Of a stretch of 64,000 nt of DNA, positions 9,696-19,772 are shown in pieces. The translations under genes were made by a program, and so were the position numbers. Every line of letters starts with the position of its first letter. The first letter of the stretch is position 1. The stretch spans positions 1,184,001-1,248,000 of the forward strand of contig OY970325.1 of assembly GCA_963717145.1 (NCBI GenBank), written 5' to 3'. Origin of the DNA: an uncultured Armatimonadetes bacterium (GTDB taxonomy: Bacteria; Armatimonadota; UBA5829; DTJY01). The notes under the pieces are model-generated. The model saw only the letters and a program-made list of their open reading frames with translations. It did no database searches and was not told where the DNA came from.

Positions 9696-11918
9696 CTACC
9701 CGCACTTCGAGAAGCCGCAGAAGCGGCAGACGATGCAGCCGCTCTCGTGCTCGACCGAGCCCCCGCAGTCGGGGCACGCGCCGACGAGGTTGTCCAGCGT
9801 GCTCGACCATTTGGAGACCGTGCTCTCCGCCGTGCCGGTCTGCTTGTACTGCATGTAGTGCTCCAGCGCAATCCCGATCGCATCCGGGCAGGAGAGTACT
9901 CGTCCGCCGTTATCCCAGGTCGGCGACGGGCAGACGTTCCCCCTGAGCTGCTTGATGACGGACTCGGCCTTCACGCCGGCTCGGAGCGCCGCCGAGATGA
10001 CCCTCGATACCGCATCGAGCTGACTCGAAGCGCATCCGCCGGACTTGCCCATCCGCGCGAAGACCTCGCAGAGGCCGTCCTCGTCCTCGTTGATCGTGAC
10101 ATAGAGGCTCCCGCATCCGGTCTTGACCTTCTCCGTGACGCCATAGGTCCGCACCGGTCTCGGCCTCGGAGCGAGTACTCCAGGCACCGCCGCTTCCGCG
10201 TCTTTCTTGGCGCCGACGCTGAGCACCTGTTGGGACCTGCTGCCGTCGCGGTAGACGGTCACGCCCTTGCATCCCACCCGGTACGCCAGCTTGTAGACCT
10301 CAGTGACATCCTCGGTGGTCGCGGAGTTCGGGAAATTGACGGTCTTCGAAACCGCGTTGTCCACGTACTTCTGGAACGCGGCCTGCATCTTGATGTGCCA
10401 CACGGGCGCGATATCGAGCGCCGTGACGAACGACGCGCTGCACGTCCGGCGGCACCGCTTCGAGGCCGCGAACCGTCCCGTGGCGCGCGATCTCCTTCAT
10501 CAGCGACTCGCTGTAGAAGCCTCGGTCTCGGCCATCTCCTCGAACATCGGGTTGACTTCGACCAGCTCCGTGCCGTCGAGTACCGTGCGGACGTAGGACA
10601 CGGCGAAGAGCGGCTCGACCCCGCTCGAACAGGCGGCGATGATCGAGAGCGTGCCGGTCGGCGCGATGGTGGTGACGGTCGCATTCCTCATCCTGAGGCC
10701 CTCGGGCACGTCGTAGATGCTGCCCTCGAAGTTCGGGAAGACTCCGCGCTCGCCGGCCAGCTCGCCGGACATCTGCTGCGCCTCGTTGTGGATGAACGCT
10801 CATGACCTCCTCGGCGATGCTCGATCGCCTGCTCGGAGTCATACGGGATGCCCAGCTTGATCAGCATGTCGGCGAACCCCATCACGCCGAGGCCGATCTT
10901 CCGGTTGCCGCGAACCATGTCGGCGATCTCGGGCAGCGGGTACTGGTTCACGTCGATGACGTTGTCCAGGAACCGAACGGCGGTCCGAACCGTCTTCCCG
11001 AGCTTCATGTAGTCGATCTTCGGCTCACCCTCTGTCGTGACCATCGTGGCGAGGTTGATCGAACCCAGGTTGCACGCTTCGTAGGGCAGGAGTGGCTGCT
11101 CGCCGCAGGGGTTGGTGCTCTCGATCTCGCCGAGCCTGGGAGTCGGGTTGTCGCGGTTGATGCGGTCGATGAAGATGATCCCCGGCTCGCCGTTCCGCCA
11201 GGCCATGTTGACGATCAGGTCGAAGACCTTGCGGGCGTTCAGCGTCTTGGCGACCTCCTTGGTGCGCGGGTTGATGAGGTCGTAGTCCTCGCCCTTCTCG
11301 ACGGCCTCCATGAACTCCTCGGTCAGCAGAACGGAGATGTTGAAGTTGGTGAGGCTGGTCGTTGTCCTTCTTGCAGGTGATGAAATCGAGTATGTTCGGG
11401 TGATCTACCCGCAGGCAGCCCATGTTCGCGCCCCGACGAGTGCCGCCCTGCTTGATCGCTTCGGTGGCGGAGTTGAAGACCTCCATGAAGGAGATCGGGC
11501 CGCTGGAGACACCGTTCGTGGACTGAACGACATCGTTCGCGGGACGGAGGCGTGAGAACGAGAATCCGGTGCCGCCGCCGCTCTTGTGGATCAGCGCGGT
11601 GTGCTTGATCGTCTCGAAGATGCTCTCCATCGAGTCCTCGATCGGCAGGACGAAGCATGCCGCGAGCTGCCCGAGTTCGCGGCCGGCGTTCATCAGCGTC
11701 GGGCTGTTCGGCAGGAACTCAAGGTCCGACATCATGCGGTAAAACTCCTCCTCGATCTCCATGACCTCGGCGTCCGACTTGCCATAGTTCCGCTCGGCCT
11801 CTGCGATCGCCGACGCCACTCGATGGAACATCCCCTCCGGCGTCTCGATGCAGCTGCCGTGTTCGTCCTTCTTCAGATACCGCCTCTCGAGCACTGTGAT
11901 AGCATTCTGTGTGAGCAT
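9696..11918 (-). CDS. nrdJ: adenosylcobalamin-dependent (class II) ribonucleotide reductase with TSCPD and zinc-ribbon tail; several frameshifts
   Basis: [63 protein letters not shown] spread over ORFs 11025..11918, 10688..11311, 10500..10772, 9696..10403. Confidence 0.92.
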
Positions 11919-11930
11919 CTTCTCCTCCGT

Positions 11931-12005
11931 AATGGTTAATGGTTCATGGTCGATGGCTCATGGGCTCCCCATTAACCATCAAGCATCAACCATTCCCCAT
12001 CAACC
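11931..12005. repeat. inverted heptamer repeat (ATGGTTV / AACCATC)n
   Basis: Same family as 6222..6287, including the tail CAACCATTCCCCATC. Confidence 0.8.
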
Positions 12006-12452
12006 GTGTGCCAGTCCCTCGACCAGCTCTTTGAACTGCGTGACGTCCTCGAACTCGCGATATACCGATGCGAACCTGATGTATGCAACTTTGTCCAGCA
12101 TTCTGAGCTTTTCCATTACCATTTCGCCCAGAACCGTTGTACCGACCTCGCGATCACCCTGGTTGTTCAGCGCCCGTTCTATCTCCTCGACGGCTTCCGC
12201 GAGCTGCGCCATGCTCACGGGCCGCTTCTCGCAAGCTGTGAGCATCCCCTTAAGGATCTTTGAACGATCGAACGGTTCTCGTCGCAGATCCTTCTTGATC
12301 ACCATCAGACGCATTTCCTCGATCTCTTCGTAGGTGGTGAACCTGCGCGCGCACGCCAGGCACTCACGGCGGCGCCTTATTCCACCGCCGTCACGCACGG
12401 CGCGGGAGTCGAGCACTTTGTCATCATTGTGTCCGCAGTAGGGGCATTTCAT
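12000..12452 (-). CDS. nrdR: transcriptional repressor NrdR
   Basis: MKCPYC...VLDSR...IRRRREC..C..RFTTYE, ATP-cone, VAYIRFASVYREF. Confidence 0.97.
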   Translation of the reverse strand: MKCPYCGHNDDKVLDSRAVRDGGGIRRRRECLACARRFTTYEEIEEMRLMVIKKDLRREPFDRSKILKGMLTACEKRPVSMAQLAEAVEEIERALNNQGDREVGTTVLGEMVMEKLRMLDKVAYIRFASVYREFEDVTQFKELVEGLAHG

Positions 12453-12472
12453 GATGTAATATCGACAAGGGA

Positions 12473-12525
12473 ATACAAGGTGTTGTGGTACGCCCCAGTG
12501 TACCACACTATATGTTCCACGTCAA
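12473..12525 (-). promoter_or_regulatory. sigma70 promoter TTGACG-17-TACACT overlapped by two candidate NrdR boxes
   Basis: -35 at 12520..12525, -10 at 12497..12502; boxes ATACAAGGTGTTGTGG (12473) and ACACTATATGTTCCAC (12505), 32 bp apart. Confidence 0.7.
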
Positions 12526-12574
12526 GCGCTTTTTGAACCAAAACGGGGAATAGTTGCGGGGACGTAGGATTGAT

Positions 12575-12651
12575 CGGGATGGATGCTGAATCAAGTTCAG
12601 CATGACACTAGCGCGACACGTCATGCTGAACTAGATTCAGCATCCATCCCG
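12575..12651. repeat. REP-like palindrome (GTCATGCTGAA family)
   Basis: 32-bp near-perfect inverted arms, each internally palindromic. Confidence 0.85.
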
Positions 12652-12660
12652 GAAAACCTT

Positions 12661-15143
12661 CTACTGGTCGCTCGTGATCGCCGGGATGCGGTCGGTGAGA
12701 AAGAACTCGATGTCGTAGTCCACTTCGAGGAAATGCGGAACGATCACGCGGGCGCACTCCCAGTCACCCTCGAGGTCGAGAGCGAACACCGACCACGAGT
12801 ATCCCGACCGGATGCGCGGTACGAGCGGCGGCACCCTGTACGCCTCCATCCAGATTCCGTCGAGCCAGATCGCGCACTGGGCCATTCGAGGGTCGGCCGA
12901 TGGTCGGACGGGCATCCCGTCCTTGCGATACCGTATGATCACGACCATGCTCGACACTTTGGCATGCGGCCAGTCCTCGCGACACGTACTGCTGCTCGAG
13001 TACCCGAGCGGACGGATGACGAGATCATCCTGCCTCGTGATACTCGGGTCGTCGACCGCGACGTAGAACATGTTCGCCCGCCCAAAGCCCAGATGAGCGT
13101 ATTCACGCGTGCCGGGGTAAAACAGCCTGGATGAGCCGCCGAAGATACCGGAGGGCAGGTTATTGATGTACAGCTCCCCAGTCAAGCTGCAGAGGTCAAC
13201 CAGAACCGGATGACCTTCCCACTCCTTCGGAATCATCGGGAGGCACCTGAACGCCGACCCGGTGCGGTAGAACACCCTCTCGAGTGGGAGCGACAGACCC
13301 ATCGCGCCGTCGGAAGGCGGCGAGACCGCCGTGATCGGCATCGGATACTTGCCGACATTCTCGATGCGGGATTCGAACAGCTCGTAATGCTGTCGTGACG
13401 GGCTGATCTCGAGCAGCTTCAGCTCCCAAGGGTTGAACCGCAGATCACAGCTCTCCCACTCGAGCATACTGGCCGCCTGAGTGCTCGGGAACAGCTCGAT
13501 GACCATGTTGCGGATCTCAGGGGCGCACCCGAAATCGAGGGCCTGCAGTTCGACGGTCCGCGCGACCCATGTCGGGTTGTAGATCGCGACCATCCCGCGG
13601 CCGTCTTTGATATTGGCGTATCCGTAGACCTCGCCGGAAGCCGGGTCGCCCATGACGCGCCTGGCGTGGCCATACGACTGCTTGGAGGCGCTGTGATGCT
13701 GAGCCAGCCGCTGCAGGAATAGCTTGTCCTCGTCATCCAGAATCGAGAGGTCGCCCGCGACGCATAGCTGGTTGCACCTGGCCATGGACATTATCACGCT
13801 CTTCCGCCAGAACTGCTTGCCGCTCCAGAAAGCCGCATCGGAAAAGCTGATGTTCGTGCTCAAATCGAGTTCGAAGAAACGACGATCCAGGTCCACTTTG
13901 ATCATCTGGCTGTCTCGAAGGCTCGGGGCGGGTGTATCCGATAGATCGCCGTCGCCGAGACCCGCGTAGTCGGCATGCCTGAGCCACCAGGGAGACCGGG
14001 AGAAGCCGGTCACGTGGACGATGATCTCAGGATCGGCCGACTTCAACTGCGTGAGGAGATCGATCATCCGCCGGGCAGACGTGTAATCCTCATACTTGCC
14101 GGATTCCTGCGACTCGGCATGTATTCGGGCGAGCTTGAGCCCGAATGCCGAGTTGAGATCCAGGATAGACCGCTTCAGGTTGTCGATGGCGTCCTCGAAA
14201 GCAGGATAGCGCAGCCCAAACCACATGCCGAGACGCAGCTTCGACTCAGCAAGACCGGCGGTGATCTGCGCGAAGCTGTCACCGGGGAACTTCGTGTCGC
14301 GGTCGATGGAGTACCGGCCGGTCGCGAGAGGATCCTCTCCCTCAGCCCAGTAGCCGTAATCGACCATCAGGTGCTCGATGGGAATGTGCCAGTTCGCCTT
14401 CAGGTCGGCCAGATGACTCAACTGCTCGCGAACGATCGTCGCGTTCGGTCCCTCATATTCGTGGGCGCCCCACGTGCCATAGGATGTGAAGAGGCGGTCG
14501 GACTTGCGGACGCGGAACTCGTCGGTGTATCGGTGCAGAGCGGCTTCCGGATCATCCGGGGCAAATTCGAGAAGCGCGCGCTCGGTCTCATACGATTCGC
14601 CCGGCTCGATGGCGACAGCCGGGTAGTACTCCAGGATGCAGCTTCCGTCCACGAGCCTGTTCTCGGCCTCGGGGTATTCGATGGCGAAATAACCGAGTCC
14701 TCCGACGAAGATCGGCCATCCGCGTCCCCCACCCCAGGCGTATGCATCGGGTGCGAGCGGAAAGCGCTCGAGGACGACATCGAACAGGATCAGTTGACGG
14801 TCGCCGGTATTGGTGACGGTCGACCACTTGCGCAGCCTCGGACCGGGGCCGGCGCTGAAGTGGACCGCGATGGCCACGGCGCTGTCGGGACACTCGAAGC
14901 TCAAGATGGCGTGGCTGTCGTCGCCGCTCTCACCGACGAACCGGCACACCGAGGCGGAAACGTCGATGGACGGCCCCTCGCTGCTCGGACCTCCGAGGCG
15001 CAGGAGGAACTCGGAGATCGCTTCGGGAACGATCCTCGCCGTTCCGTTGAGATCCCCATCTCGAGGGTACGGTAATCCCCGATGCCGACCACTCTGTATG
15101 CGCCCGGCGATTCGGGACTGGCTATTCGTATGGACTGACTCAA
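12661..15143 (-). CDS. large hypothetical protein with GH27/GH36-like TIM barrel; one probable frameshift near 15055
   Basis: ORF 12661..14949 (MVDYGYW, DTKFPG, LGMWFG); one extra G in the G4 run at 15054..15057 joins ORF 14901..15143, which has a GAGG RBS. Confidence 0.6.
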
Positions 15144-15151
15144 TGAAACCT

Positions 15152-16282
15152 CTACTTCACTTCCACCGCGGGCGGGTTGACGTATCCGTGGTATCGTGTG
15201 CCCACTCCCGCGGTCTCAACATCGCCGGCGTGGATGTAGACCCTGTATGCAAACTTGAACTCCCCGCCCGACTTCACGACGTGGCTGCCATCCCACGATG
15301 GATCATTCTTGTACGCCGAGAGCGCGAACGGATTGGCGGTCATCAGTCCGTAGTTGCGCACGTGCCAGTACGTCGGATGCCGGAAGTTTGCGGGATTGTC
15401 GAAAACCGCTATGCCGACCGTGCGCCCATCAACGAGGCCGGAGTAATCGCACCAGTGTGCTCGCTTGCCCCAGTTCTCCGCCTCGGAGACCCCTCCACAG
15501 GAGTTGGTGATCACCCCGCCCTTGTCGCCGTCCATGGATGTCGCCACCCGGATCGAGCAGATGCCGCCCTCCTTGGTGTCGCCGAAGGTCAGGTCGCCCT
15601 CTGTCGCCCGGAAAACGACCGCCAAGTCTAAGACGCGTCCAGTGTCGGGAAGGTTGTAGACCGTTATGGTGCGCTCTTCCCGCAGAACCTTCCTACCCTG
15701 ATTGTCCACCCAGTCATTCAATGCCCTGACGCGCGCGAAGACCGGTCCGCTCGCCTTCTCCAGAAACTCACGATGCTGCTGAGAGGCATGACCGGTATCC
15801 TCCGACCAATTGTCCGAGCCGTTGATATCCCCGTGTGCCACCCACATCGACCGGTGATGCGCATGATCGCTCGTCTCGCCGGGCACATCCTTTATCATCG
15901 GGTAGTTGCGGGTGATTCCCTTACCCCCAGGGCCGAGGATAGGGTACAGAAACGGCCGCGCGTACTCATCGGCATAGTTGTAGGTCGTGAACGGCTCTCC
16001 ACCGATCCGGAACTCTATCCGCCCGTCCTCTTCAATCAGTTCGACCCCGGAACCGGGCGCAGCTTCAAACTCTGCGAGCCTGTACTCCCTCGACTCGCCG
16101 ACCTTCATCGGCTCGCAGATCCAGACGATCCGCTGACCGTCCACCTGCGCGGGAATCCTGACGCCGTGCGTCCCGATCAGGCCAACCGCCGATCCATGTC
16201 TCAATCCGGGGATCTCGACGGAGATCGGCGTACTCTGACAGGCGTGCCTGACCGCGGTCACTAGTATGCGCTTTCCGAGCAT
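15152..16282 (-). CDS. PmoA-like (DUF6807) family protein
   Basis: RPFLYP, DHAHHRSMW, FGDTKEGG, WCDYSG, WHVRNYGLMTANPF. Confidence 0.8.
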   Translation of the reverse strand: MLGKRILVTAVRHACQSTPISVEIPGLRHGSAVGLIGTHGVRIPAQVDGQRIVWICEPMKVGESREYRLAEFEAAPGSGVELIEEDGRIEFRIGGEPFTTYNYADEYARPFLYPILGPGGKGITRNYPMIKDVPGETSDHAHHRSMWVAHGDINGSDNWSEDTGHASQQHREFLEKASGPVFARVRALNDWVDNQGRKVLREERTITVYNLPDTGRVLDLAVVFRATEGDLTFGDTKEGGICSIRVATSMDGDKGGVITNSCGGVSEAENWGKRAHWCDYSGLVDGRTVGIAVFDNPANFRHPTYWHVRNYGLMTANPFALSAYKNDPSWDGSHVVKSGGEFKFAYRVYIHAGDVETAGVGTRYHGYVNPPAVEVK

Positions 16283-16342
16283 CGAAGGCCTCCGAATGAT
16301 CTGTTCACCTCGGGGTTTTCAATCTCCTGCCCTGCATCCAGG

Positions 16343-16372
16343 TTGACATGGCACTGGTGGCTCGTCTATGCT
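16343..16372 (+). promoter_or_regulatory. candidate sigma70 promoter TTGACA-18-TATGCT
   Basis: 33 bp upstream of the dehydrogenase start. Confidence 0.55.
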
Positions 16373-16405
16373 CAGAGTCAGACCGATGCCTGAGGTGCTG
16401 AAACA

Positions 16406-17401
16406 ATGAAGATTCTCGTACTCCCGCCCCCGGCCCTTCGAGAGAGGCTGTTCGCCCCTGAGGTCGAAGAGCGTCTAAGGGCGGTCGGCGATCTGACGCT
16501 CAATCCCGAGGAGCGAAACTACACGAAAGAGGAACTCGCCGATATCGTCCCCGGCCACGATGCCGCGATCACGAGTTGGGGGTCGCCGCAATTCGCCCCC
16601 GAGGTCGTGGAGCGCGCCGACAAGCTGGCGGTGATCTCCCACGCCGCCGGATCACCGCAGGGATTGATCACACCGGCGGTCTTCGAGCGGGGGATCGCCG
16701 TTTGCACCGGGCAGCCCGCGATGGCGATCTCCGTCGCCGCCATGACGGTCGCCATGATGGAGATCATGCTGCGAAACGTCGTCAACTGGGCGGTCAACAT
16801 CCGGGAGAAGCGGTGTTTCCGCCCTCAGGGAGTGGCGGGCGCACGGGAACTCAACGGCAAGCGCGTCGGCATTATCGGGGCGAGCCTCATCGGGCGCGAG
16901 GTGATCCGCTATATCGCTCCGTGGGACGTGGAGCTGTGGATCGCGGACCCGTACCTGTGCGCCGAGGATGCCGAGCGGCTCGGGGCGAGGAAGGTCTCAC
17001 TCGACGAACTGATGGCGGAGTGCGACGTGATCAGCCTGCACGCGCCGTCGAATCAGTCGACGCGCGGCATGATCACCCGCAAGCACCTGGAGTCGATCAG
17101 GGAGGGCGCGGTGTTCATCAACACGGCCAGGGGGGCGATCATCGACCACGGCGCGCTTCTCGATGAGCTGCGGACCGGACGGTTCTCGGCGGCCCTCGAT
17201 GTGACCGATCCCGAGCCGCTCCCTCAGGGCCACGAGATGTACTCGCTCCCGAACGTCGTGTTCACGCCGCACATCAGCGGGGGGACGCCCGAAATGGTCC
17301 GCCGCCAGGGTGAGGAGTCCGTGCGCAACCTCGAACTCTTCTTCACCGGCCACAAGCCGAACCGCCTCGTCACCGCCGAGATGATGGAGCGGATCGCCTG
17401 A
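16406..17401 (+). CDS. D-isomer-specific 2-hydroxyacid dehydrogenase
   Basis: VGIIGASLIG Rossmann motif, FINTARG, ALDVTDPEP, TPHISG. Confidence 0.93.
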   Translation: MKILVLPPPALRERLFAPEVEERLRAVGDLTLNPEERNYTKEELADIVPGHDAAITSWGSPQFAPEVVERADKLAVISHAAGSPQGLITPAVFERGIAVCTGQPAMAISVAAMTVAMMEIMLRNVVNWAVNIREKRCFRPQGVAGARELNGKRVGIIGASLIGREVIRYIAPWDVELWIADPYLCAEDAERLGARKVSLDELMAECDVISLHAPSNQSTRGMITRKHLESIREGAVFINTARGAIIDHGALLDELRTGRFSAALDVTDPEPLPQGHEMYSLPNVVFTPHISGGTPEMVRRQGEESVRNLELFFTGHKPNRLVTAEMMERIA

Positions 17402-17447
17402 CCTTGGAGTGCGATGGCTCGACATCACTTTGGTCTGTAGACACCGA

Positions 17448-18644
17448 TCAGCGGCCGTTCGGTTTCCCGACTGAAGGAACCAGGGGCGTCTTGTAGACGA
17501 GCCCCGACCCCGCATTGACGCAGAGGATTCTACCATCGTCGCTGAACTTTAGGAAGGGCAGGTCGACGTCCTCGGGCACTCCGGCACCGGAGAGCTTCCA
17601 GCGCTTGATCAGGACTCCGTCGGTGCGGACCTGGCACAGATATCGGGCATCCGGTTCCGACGTCGTGAACATCGCATACAGACCGTCCGGCGATACCCAC
17701 AGATCATCGTGGCACGTCCATATCCCAAGAGCTGCCGGAGATCTCCAGACGACTGATCCGTATCCATCGAGGAGCGTGACCCGATCCTGGGTGGCCGTAT
17801 CCTCGCCCACAAGGATGTGCATGCCCGACCGGTCGATGGCCACGGACGCCGTGTCCATGTACTTCCGCCATCGCTCCTTGCCGGCACCATCATGCACGGC
17901 AACCACGGGTTTCAGCCCGTGCTCCGTCAGTATCCTTCCGCGGAGGACGAGGCGTTCTGCCCCTTCAGAGATAACTGCCTCCGATGGGCGGAAGGGAATG
18001 CTCCACATGGTGCGGCCCGCGCGGTCGATCAGCATGGCCGGTTCTTCCGCGGTCAGCAAGAGTATGCGCATGCCGTCCGGAGAGAACTTGCCGCCAGCGC
18101 GCGGCAGGTCATTCTTGCCCCAGAGCGCTCCACCGTCGGAGGTATGAAGTAGTTGAAGCTCCCTCCTCCCTGGGCCACTGATGAGCATGACGTCGCCGGA
18201 CGCAGAGAATCCGGCCAGGACTCCCCGTAACCGTTTCTCCCACATCACCTGCCCGCTGCCGTCAAACGCCAGCACCTGTGCATCTTCACTCTCAGTGATA
18301 GGAACGTTCAGCCGTAGAACGACGAGCGTCTTATCGGATGCGATCGGCATCGCTTCCATAAGGTAGACCTCACGTCCTCGGATTGTCTCGGGCGGATCGT
18401 AGCTCCACAGTATCTTTCCGGAATCGTCGCGAAGAGTGAGGACGTCCCCGGAGATCAGTGCGATTCTACTCCCATCAGGCGACACTTCGATCGGCTGTAC
18501 CCAGCCGGCCGGATCCCAGGTGAATGCAGGGGCCAACACGTTAGTCGGAATGGATGGAAGAGACTTCGCCTCGCACGAGATCTCCAGCAGTATACATGCG
18601 ACAGCAAGCGCCGCCACTGCCCATGATCTTGATTTGATCGCCAT
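17448..18644 (-). CDS. secreted PQQ/WD40-like beta-propeller protein
   Basis: Signal peptide; repeated DxxGxxxW and SPDG blades. Confidence 0.7.
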   Translation of the reverse strand: MAIKSRSWAVAALAVACILLEISCEAKSLPSIPTNVLAPAFTWDPAGWVQPIEVSPDGSRIALISGDVLTLRDDSGKILWSYDPPETIRGREVYLMEAMPIASDKTLVVLRLNVPITESEDAQVLAFDGSGQVMWEKRLRGVLAGFSASGDVMLISGPGRRELQLLHTSDGGALWGKNDLPRAGGKFSPDGMRILLLTAEEPAMLIDRAGRTMWSIPFRPSEAVISEGAERLVLRGRILTEHGLKPVVAVHDGAGKERWRKYMDTASVAIDRSGMHILVGEDTATQDRVTLLDGYGSVVWRSPAALGIWTCHDDLWVSPDGLYAMFTTSEPDARYLCQVRTDGVLIKRWKLSGAGVPEDVDLPFLKFSDDGRILCVNAGSGLVYKTPLVPSVGKPNGR

Positions 18645-18664
18645 CGGCTTACCCCTCCAACTGT

Positions 18665-19468
18665 CTACTGCTCACCGCTCTCCTGATGGTATGCGAACGC
18701 GTTGTGCTGGTGGATAGATTCTTCCGACTCGCACTCGACCTCGAACCATCGGATGCGCTCGTCCTTCTGGAGGGACAGCACACAATCGCGGACGACGTCC
18801 TCGACGAACCTGGGGTTGTGGAACGCGTGCTCGGTAACGTACTTCTCGTCCTCGCGCTTGAGGAGCGGATAGATCTCCGCGCTGCCCTGTCGCTCCAGGA
18901 GGCGGACGATCTCCTCGATCCATACGAACTTCCCCGGCACGAACCGGATGTTCGCGCGAATGTTCGCGCGTTGATTGTGAGCGCCTACCTCCGAGATCTC
19001 CTTGCTGCACGGGCAGACCGTCTGCACCGGCGCCTCGACTCCGAGCATGAAATCGAACTCCCCATCGAGACTCCCGGAAAAACAGGTCTGGTAGCCGAGC
19101 ATGCTCGACAGCTTCGAGACAGGCGACTGCTTTTCCATGAAGTACTTGAAGCCGATATCCGCGTGAGCGGTCTCGGCCTTGAGCAGGCTCTTCGTCTGCT
19201 GGAGGATCGATTTCACTTCAGGGCCGGAGATGGGCCGGTTACGCCACTCCTCGATGATCTCGATGAAGCGACTCATGTGCGTGCCCTTGAAGTAGTGCGG
19301 AAGTCCGGCGGTCAGAGTCGCTGAGGCGAGGACGGTCTGATGCCCGTCATTGATCCCCTTGATCTGGAACGGAATCTCGACTCCCTTGACTCCGACTCGC
19401 TGGAGCGGCACGCGCCTTCTATCGGCGCGGCTCTGTGTATCCTTGAGCGCCCCCGGTGTTACTCTCAA
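18665..19468 (-). CDS. folE2: GTP cyclohydrolase IB
   Basis: KGTHMSRF, CPCSKEIS..GAHNQR, LLKREDE, NPRFVED, ESIHQHNA. Confidence 0.95.
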   Translation of the reverse strand: MRVTPGALKDTQSRADRRRVPLQRVGVKGVEIPFQIKGINDGHQTVLASATLTAGLPHYFKGTHMSRFIEIIEEWRNRPISGPEVKSILQQTKSLLKAETAHADIGFKYFMEKQSPVSKLSSMLGYQTCFSGSLDGEFDFMLGVEAPVQTVCPCSKEISEVGAHNQRANIRANIRFVPGKFVWIEEIVRLLERQGSAEIYPLLKREDEKYVTEHAFHNPRFVEDVVRDCVLSLQKDERIRWFEVECESEESIHQHNAFAYHQESGEQ

Positions 19469-19772
19469 TGTCTTTGTTATCCTCTTCTATCTCCATGCCG
19501 CGCTGCTTTGCGAGCCAGCGATCATGTTCCTCGAGCAGGTCGAGATACTCCTCCTGCAGTTCGGGGATAGGGAGCGCATGAGCGGTCAGGCACTGCGTCT
19601 GCTGCTGGATGGCCCAGCAGTTCCCTTCCTCATCATCGAACATGAGCTGGACATCGTGCTCTCGGACGGCCACGACTTTGAACTCGGGTACCGTCCCCGT
19701 CCACTCCAGCGGCTTCATTATGAGGTCATGATACCGTATTCCGAGCAGGTCGAGCAATTCCAGGGTCTCAGG

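Noticed and set aside
10400-11360. nrdJ frameshifts as programmed recoding, introns or pseudogenisation
   Set aside because: Several scattered single-base indels with motifs intact and no slippery site or intervening element; the same pattern in other genes points to unpolished long-read errors (needs read check)
15152-16282. PmoA as particulate methane monooxygenase
   Set aside because: Soluble DUF6807-type protein without the transmembrane helices of pMMO subunits; no pmoC/pmoB nearby
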